From: Eimeria praecox
Taxonomy: Eukaryota
Length of the DNA: 64,000 bases
Assembly: GCA_963920595.1 (NCBI GenBank)
Contig: OY986948.1
Location: 1,798,001 to 1,862,000 of the forward strand
Reading direction: 5' to 3'
Each line of letters begins with the position of its first letter. Within the stretch, counting starts at the first letter, position 1. A program made the position numbers and the translations under genes. The notes beneath the pieces were generated by a model. The model made no database searches. It was not told the origin of the DNA and saw only the letters and a program-made list of their open reading frames with translations. Positions 63,404 through 64,000 of this stretch are shown here, piece after piece.

Positions 63404-64000
63404 ACTTCTGCTGCTGCTCCTCCCGTTGTTGTTGCTGCTCTTACAGCAGCAGCATCAACAAATCCTACAGAGTTGTGTAGTTGCAGGGCGGTAGAGGCCG
63501 CAACAGTTAGGGTTTAAAGGAGGTAGGTGAGTGACCCCAGCAGCTGCTTGCAGCAGCAGCTGCCTCTTCGAGCCCCTGTTCAGTCTTTAGTGCTTATGAA
63601 GGTATAACACCGCCATTTGAGGTGTATATACAGCTCAAAAGGAGGGGAAAAAGATAAGAAACCCAATAAACACGAACAACACAGAGAGGGTGCTGTAGGC
63701 CCCCCCCCCCCCCCCCTCCCTCGAGCTATCGAGACTGAGCCGGCGGATGCTGGCACGAGGACTTCTTCCTCTTAAAATCAACAATTGTATACAAATTAAA
63801 TAAAATAATACAGAAAAACTCAAAATAAACAAAAACCAACACTACGCATGAAATGCTGGGGCTGGACATGATGTGCTCATAGACCAATGGCTTTGTGTGC
63901 GTTGGGGTGTACAGGCAGCTTCATCTGCGGTGTATGGGGAGGTCCCCCCAAAGCTATTTATGTATTTATTTATTTATTATTAATAATAAAACAATATAAT

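Overview
Eukaryotic, intron-rich apicomplexan DNA, almost certainly Eimeria: CAG/CTG microsatellites encoding homopolymer tracts, interstitial AAACCCT telomere-like repeats, TGCATGCA octamers, and alternating repeat-rich and repeat-poor segments. Spliced gene models reconstructed by eye: 5' part of CCT-alpha/TCP1 (-), organellar ribosomal protein uL6 (+), a large hypothetical helical protein (-), a CCA-adding tRNA nucleotidyltransferase (-), a small Ala-rich membrane ORF (+), a divergent kinesin (-), a GlpT/SLC37-type MFS transporter (-), a folate/FAD-type mitochondrial carrier (+, with a GC-AG intron) and an SCP/CTDSP-type DLDET phosphatase (-). The repeat-poor block at about 36.9-48.6 kb is a cluster of three decayed Ty3/Gypsy chromovirus-like elements with five related LTR-like copies. 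A fourth relic of the same family lies between the divergent TCP1 and uL6 genes. Most interesting observations: an 80-aa homopolymer insertion in the flexible loop of the CCA enzyme, complementary telomere-repeat blocks at opposite ends of introns, a dispersed GGTGTAYRTACACC-type quasi-palindrome inside and outside CDS, and the shared-LTR retroelement architecture. All alignments and splice sites were read manually and no searches were run. Most ORFs in the provided track are repeat artefacts.
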